From: Candidatus Latescibacterota bacterium
GTDB lineage: Bacteria; Latescibacterota; UBA2968; UBA8231
Direction of reading: 5' to 3'
Assembly (NCBI GenBank): GCA_965197905.1
Contig: CBDAOB010000005.1
Coordinates: 1,984,001-2,048,000, forward strand
DNA: 64,000 bases
In this document: in pieces, positions 59,336 through 64,000 of the stretch
Layout: each line of letters starts with the position of its first letter
Numbering within the stretch: the first letter of the stretch is position 1
Position numbers and translations under genes: made by a program
The notes under the pieces: model-generated
The model's input: the letters and a program-made list of their open reading frames with translations, nothing else
Databases searched by the model: none
What the model was told of the DNA's origin: nothing

Positions 59336-61690
59336 ATGACTGCGACGATTGCACATATGCGAGAACCGGCGGGGGTCCGGAGGACCTCCTGGCCCGTGAC
59401 CGCCGGAATGCCGTTTGCAAAGGGAGTCCTGCGACCACCGGGCCACCTGAGGATATGGGGTCCGGACCGCCAACCGCTACCCGTAGATACCTCCGTCCGC
59501 GCACGCTGGCCGGATGGATCCGTGAAGTGGCTTCTCATCGATACGCAGGTATCGATGGAACCCATGGCCCGGATCGAGTTGCTCGTCGAGTATGCCGACG
59601 GCATTGAAGTAGAGGAGATCAATTCCCGGCTCCAGTGGCGAGAATCGATGGATTCGGTCGAGATCGACACGGGTCCGCTAAAGATGTCCATTGCCCGAAC
59701 CGGACCCATTCTATTCCGCAACATCGCTTGGAACGGGATTGAGATCTTACGCGACTCCGCCAACAGCGAGTTTACCGCAACCGACGACGACGGCACGCGG
59801 TTCGAGAGCCACATCGATGCCGTTGAAATCGAGGAACACAATCCGCTGCGAATCGTACTTCTGGTAAAGGGTCGGTATCGCGACGGAAACGGCGCCCCGT
59901 TCATGAGCTGGATCACCCGTTTGTACTGCTTTGCGGGGAAACCGTTCGTCAAGCTCTATCACACCTTCGTGCAGGATACGCCCACGCAGTCGATTGGGCT
60001 CCGGCGCATGAGCATCGGTCTCACGCCCGACCTCGGGGGTGAAATCGATGCTGCGTTGGGCGCGAAATCCGCCAAGTCGCCTCACGGGTACGAATTCGGT
60101 GGCATCACCGAACCGATCACCCTCACCCAACTGCTGGTCGGACAGCACGTCCTGGACGACGGCAACCGAACCGCCATTGACGGCAACGCACATGGATGGG
60201 CGGGCATCGGCAACCGCAACGCTACGGTGGTAATCAAGCTCCGGAGGCCGTGGCAAAACTACCCGAAGGCGTATCGGGTCGGCGCCGAAGAGTTGTCGCT
60301 CGATCTCTATCCGGATACGACGACGGACTCCGGCCGAGAGACCATGTGGTCTGGAAATCAAGCTGGCGCTCTCTACGAAGGGCCACTGCGCATTCCCCAG
60401 GGGATGGCCAAGACCCACGAACTGTTCATACAGGTTGGACCCGCCGCCACCGATGCCCGCGGCATCGACTATCAAACGCTGGCACTCGAGCAGCCATTGC
60501 TGCTGAATCTGCCGTCCGAACACTACGCAACGTCCGGCGCACTCGGGTCGTTCCCCCCGATGTCCGATTCCTATTGGCCGCTAGAGCTGAAACTCCGAGA
60601 GATCTGCAAACCTCCTGGGGGTTTGGGCATCCTGAACTACGGTGACGAAGTCAGTCTGCGATTAGTGGACGGACGGCTGCAGACCAGGACTACCGAGAAT
60701 CTGGCGTATGATCTGCCGAGCTCCTTGTTGCGGCAATCTCTTCGAACCCGCGATCAACACCTTTTCTCGGAGGCGGAGGCAGCGGTCTTTCATCTGATGG
60801 ATGTGGACACAGTGCATTTCGACACAACACACCCGGAATGGATCGGCGGACCGCGCTGCGCCTGGTCACAGAACCACCACTACACCACCTCAGCCAGTGT
60901 CTCGCTTGCAGGCCCTCGGGTGAGTCACGCCTGGTTGGGAGGTCTGCTCGACTACTACTTCATCACCGGTTACCACCGCGCCCGCGAGGTAGCGGAATCA
61001 TGCGCCGACTACTGCCGCCGTTCCGCCCCCTACAAATGGAAGGACAAACTGTCCGAGCAGGTTCGCCGACGAGCCCTTGACCCGGATGTGGAGTGGCCTT
61101 TCAATGCCCGCGATGTCGGGTGGTCGCTGACGACCATGGGCACCTTCTTCAACGCCTTTCCGGAGGAGCGCTTTCTGCGGGCCATGGAAGCGCTCGTCGA
61201 CCTTGCGGAGATGTGGCAGGATGAGGACGGACGTTGGCGGCAATCGATCGGAAGCTTCAACCGCGGCTCAGATCCGTCGGCGAGCGCCGCCATTCTCCAG
61301 GGAATGCAACTCTACTTTGAGGCCACGGGCGACCGGCGCGCGTACGAGGTGTTGCTGCGCGGGGTCTCCTTCCTCGTCCATCACGGCTGTACCGCGGAGG
61401 GTCTTTTCTATTGCTACGAGAGTCCGGTGGCCGACCGCCCGCACGCCCCTGCCGCCGAGTTGTTCGGCCCGCTCGCGTTTGCGTTCGAGGCCACCGAGGA
61501 TGTGGAGATTCTCGAATCCGCGTTTCGGTTCTTCCGCTGGCTAATGGATTCTGGAGAAGTGAAGCCGTGCATGCTGCGGGAAATTTTCGCGATGATACCC
61601 CTTCTGGATCGCATGAATCTCCTGGAGTCGTATCGCGGACCAGATATAACGGGGCAGATTGGCGACCCTTCCGCCCACCGGGAAGGATAG
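59336..61690 (+). CDS. Exo-rhamnogalacturonan lyase-like (PcRGLX/YetA-type) protein: RIFT barrel, beta-sandwich, alpha/alpha toroid
   Basis: WPVTAGMPF..G, ARWPDGSVKW, G.AKTHE, G..NYGD, HLMDVD, GLLDYY.ITG. Confidence 0.65.
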   Translation: MTATIAHMREPAGVRRTSWPVTAGMPFAKGVLRPPGHLRIWGPDRQPLPVDTSVRARWPDGSVKWLLIDTQVSMEPMARIELLVEYADGIEVEEINSRLQWRESMDSVEIDTGPLKMSIARTGPILFRNIAWNGIEILRDSANSEFTATDDDGTRFESHIDAVEIEEHNPLRIVLLVKGRYRDGNGAPFMSWITRLYCFAGKPFVKLYHTFVQDTPTQSIGLRRMSIGLTPDLGGEIDAALGAKSAKSPHGYEFGGITEPITLTQLLVGQHVLDDGNRTAIDGNAHGWAGIGNRNATVVIKLRRPWQNYPKAYRVGAEELSLDLYPDTTTDSGRETMWSGNQAGALYEGPLRIPQGMAKTHELFIQVGPAATDARGIDYQTLALEQPLLLNLPSEHYATSGALGSFPPMSDSYWPLELKLREICKPPGGLGILNYGDEVSLRLVDGRLQTRTTENLAYDLPSSLLRQSLRTRDQHLFSEAEAAVFHLMDVDTVHFDTTHPEWIGGPRCAWSQNHHYTTSASVSLAGPRVSHAWLGGLLDYYFITGYHRAREVAESCADYCRRSAPYKWKDKLSEQVRRRALDPDVEWPFNARDVGWSLTTMGTFFNAFPEERFLRAMEALVDLAEMWQDEDGRWRQSIGSFNRGSDPSASAAILQGMQLYFEATGDRRAYEVLLRGVSFLVHHGCTAEGLFYCYESPVADRPHAPAAELFGPLAFAFEATEDVEILESAFRFFRWLMDSGEVKPCMLREIFAMIPLLDRMNLLESYRGPDITGQIGDPSAHREG

Positions 61691-61705
61691 ATCCGAGGCA
61701 CAGCT

Positions 61706-62542
61706 ATGTACCTGGGGATTGCTGCGGCACTGAGTGGCATTGTATACGCCTTCGTAAAATTCCTAACCATGGCGAGCTTCAGAAGGTTGCGCAGCCGGGT
61801 GGCGAGTTGTCAGACAGAAGTGCATCGCTCGGAACATAGGATTCAAATTCTCGAGCAGCGTCTCGAGTTTGAACGCACGAAAAAGCGGGGATTGGAACGC
61901 GAGACGAGGGAGGCTCGCAAGGCTGCGGGAGAGATCCACACCGAACTGAGGTCGTCTTTGCCGAAAGCGCTTGGCTCGGAGCTGGAGGAGTGCTGCACCC
62001 TGGCGCGGGTGTCGGAATTCGAGGACCGCAGAATGCTGCACGAGTTGAAGGTCACCGACAAGATTGCCGGGGCGTTGCAAGCGCACTCCTTGCTCCTGAT
62101 CGAGTTCCTCAGCGAGGAAGAGTCCGATCGTGCCATGATGACAGGCATCCTGACCGATATCATCGAACGCCAGGAGATAAATTACAGCAATCCGGAGCGA
62201 TCGATGCTGCTCTGCTCCTTTGACGCTCCGCAGCCGGCCCTGGAGCTCGTCCGCGAGTATATTCAGCAGGTGCCCGACAGCAGACGTGATTCGGTTCGCA
62301 CCAGTTTGAGCGCCGGGGTCGATATGGAGGATGAGCGCACCGACATCACCCAGCTGTTTGCCCGCGTGTTGCAGAGCAACAGGAATCTGTTGAGCCGCAC
62401 CGCCGCTGGCACGATGATCATGAACGGGTCGGCTTATGACCGCCTCGAGGGAGATAATCGGGATATGGTGTTGTTCGAAAAAGACGAACTGCTCTACGTT
62501 TTGGATTGGAATGAGGCAGATTCCACCGCCGGCAATAGCTGA
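61706..62542 (+). CDS. Membrane-anchored coiled-coil protein with a degenerate class III nucleotide cyclase-like domain
   Basis: TM and coiled coil, then LLCSFDAP..AL...IQ...VRTSLSAG...AGTMIMN.SAY..L. Confidence 0.5.
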   Translation: MYLGIAAALSGIVYAFVKFLTMASFRRLRSRVASCQTEVHRSEHRIQILEQRLEFERTKKRGLERETREARKAAGEIHTELRSSLPKALGSELEECCTLARVSEFEDRRMLHELKVTDKIAGALQAHSLLLIEFLSEEESDRAMMTGILTDIIERQEINYSNPERSMLLCSFDAPQPALELVREYIQQVPDSRRDSVRTSLSAGVDMEDERTDITQLFARVLQSNRNLLSRTAAGTMIMNGSAYDRLEGDNRDMVLFEKDELLYVLDWNEADSTAGNS

Positions 62543-62847
62543 TGCTCGAGATTTTTTATATCGTACTGCTGATCGTGTTCGGGGCCCTGGCTGCGGTGAC
62601 CTTTTTTAGCTCTACCGTCCGCTCCGTGCCCTACAAGGAGGAGCTGGGTCGCCTTTTGGAGCGCCAGGTACAATTGGACGGGCAAGTTCAAACGATGCGC
62701 CGGGAGCTGCGTAATCTGGAACTGGATATGAGCATTCTGACCGACGAGAAACAGGCGCTTCATGAGCAGGTATCTTGCATGAGAAGGGTGGAAGATTCGC
62801 ATTTGACGAGTCGGCTGGCCGAACAATCGGAAGAGTCCGAGATCTAG
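62542..62847 (+). CDS. Small TM + coiled-coil hypothetical protein
   Basis: N-terminal TM and heptad-rich remainder; TGATG coupling with the upstream gene. Confidence 0.65.
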   Translation: MLEIFYIVLLIVFGALAAVTFFSSTVRSVPYKEELGRLLERQVQLDGQVQTMRRELRNLELDMSILTDEKQALHEQVSCMRRVEDSHLTSRLAEQSEESEI

Positions 62848-62853
62848 GACCCG

Positions 62854-63768
62854 ATGAGTGTCGCACAAGAAAAACCCGCGTCAGATCCAAGGCTCGAGCT
62901 GGAACAGATTGTCTCAAGAGCACTGGAGGAGGACTTGGGAAACCTTGACCCCACCTCCGACTTGACCACGCGATGGACAGTGCCGGTTGAAGCTCGATCT
63001 GAAGCCAGGATCGTCGCAAAGGCCAGCGGCGCCGTATCAGGAGTCGATGTAGCCGGTGCCGTATTTCGACGCCTCGACGCTTCCTTGAGCCTGGACTACC
63101 TCGCCGAGGACGGGCAGTCCGTGGAGTCAGGGGATGTGATACTGCGGGTTCGCGGACGAACCCACCCCATCCTGATCGGCGAACGCCCGGCGTTGAATTT
63201 TCTTCAACACCTATGCGGCGTCGCCACCTTGACCCGCGCGTTTGTGTCAGCGGTCGAGTTCTCGGGGGTTCGAATCACCGACACGCGCAAGACAATTCCC
63301 GGTTTGAGAAGATTGGAGAAACTGGCGGTTGTGCATGGGGGTGGCGTCAACCACCGGCTCGGCCTGTTCGATGCGGTATTGATCAAGGAAAACCACGCCG
63401 CGATGGCGGGAGGGATCGGTGAGGCGGTGCGAATCGCTCGCCACCAGGCGGTCGTGGAGGACGCAGGAGGCGTCAGAATCTATGCGGAAGCCAGAAATCT
63501 CGAGGAGGTGGATGCCCTGCTGGCCTGCGTCCCCGATCGCATCTTGCTGGACAATATGGAACCCGGAGCGCTCGAGGAAGCGGTCCGACGCATTCGCTCA
63601 ACGCCCGACCCTATCGAGATCGAAGCGACCGGGGGGATCACCTTGACCAACGTCAAAGCAGTTGCCCGCATCGGCGTTGACCTCATTTCGATCGGCGCAT
63701 TGACTCATTCCGCGCCCGCCCTCGACCTCAGTTTGCTCCTGGGTGATACGCGCTCCAACGCCGGCTAG
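62854..63768 (+). CDS. nadC: Quinolinate phosphoribosyltransferase
   Basis: ALEED, ER.ALNFLQ, DTRKT.PG, HRLGLFDAVLIKENH, LLDNM, ISIGALTHS. Confidence 0.96.
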   Translation: MSVAQEKPASDPRLELEQIVSRALEEDLGNLDPTSDLTTRWTVPVEARSEARIVAKASGAVSGVDVAGAVFRRLDASLSLDYLAEDGQSVESGDVILRVRGRTHPILIGERPALNFLQHLCGVATLTRAFVSAVEFSGVRITDTRKTIPGLRRLEKLAVVHGGGVNHRLGLFDAVLIKENHAAMAGGIGEAVRIARHQAVVEDAGGVRIYAEARNLEEVDALLACVPDRILLDNMEPGALEEAVRRIRSTPDPIEIEATGGITLTNVKAVARIGVDLISIGALTHSAPALDLSLLLGDTRSNAG

Positions 63769-64000
63769 TCGCTGACCCCGCCAGTCGTCGCCATCACCGC
63801 CGATGTTTCCGACTGGATCGCTACCAGATTGTGAAACAGCCCTTCCCGCGCAATCAACTCTTCGTGTGTACCGATCTCCATGACGCTGCCTTCGTCGAGA
63901 ACGACCAATCGGTTGGCGTAGCGCAGGGTCGACAGTCGATGAGCAATGGCGAAGGTGGTGCGCCCTCTAACCAGCCGCGCGATGGCCTGCTGAAGTTTCT
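63765..64000 (-). CDS. ABC transporter ATP-binding/permease, C-terminal end (truncated by window edge)
   Basis: Manual translation of the minus strand: QQAIARLVRGRTTFAIAHRLSTLRYANRLVVLDEG...GTHEEL, stop at 63765-63767. Confidence 0.9.
   Translation of the reverse strand, partial: KLQQAIARLVRGRTTFAIAHRLSTLRYANRLVVLDEGSVMEIGTHEELIAREGLFHNLVAIQSETSAVMATTGGVSD

Overview
This is a bacterial chromosomal window of roughly 60% GC (estimated by eye). A FlgD-Ig/T9SS-like C-terminal sorting domain and the gene content suggest an FCB-superphylum lineage such as Ca. Latescibacterota, but that is inference. Positions 0.6-31 kb hold a flagellar late-gene region: flgM, fliT/flgN-like, fliS, fliD, flaG, three flagellins, an orphan fliG, a giant multi-domain glycosyltransferase, csrA, fliW, flgLKNJIHAGF and a MotE-like gene. 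It carries clear sigma28 and sigma54 promoter motifs and CsrA-type leader motifs. An IS3-family element lies at 32005-33306. The rest is mostly metabolic and transport: rpiA, a TRAP transporter, a divergent methylaspartate ammonia-lyase coupled to a threonine-synthase-like enzyme, kefF/kefC, an OYE-lgt-fatty acyl-CoA reductase run, an MCE operon, folA, aspC, nadC and several hypotheticals. Main oddities: (1) a ~150-bp piece of fliD coding sequence is inverted, and nearby genes carry apparent deletions or frameshifts, several at inverted repeats (gene decay or amplification/assembly artefact); (2) a MAL homologue with a remodelled amine pocket and no glutamate mutase in the window; (3) a FlgM with a duplicated sigma28-binding module; (4) a lipoprotein made of two DUF151 nuclease domains; (5) a GGA-rich candidate sRNA. 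All calls come from reading the sequence by eye; no searches were run.
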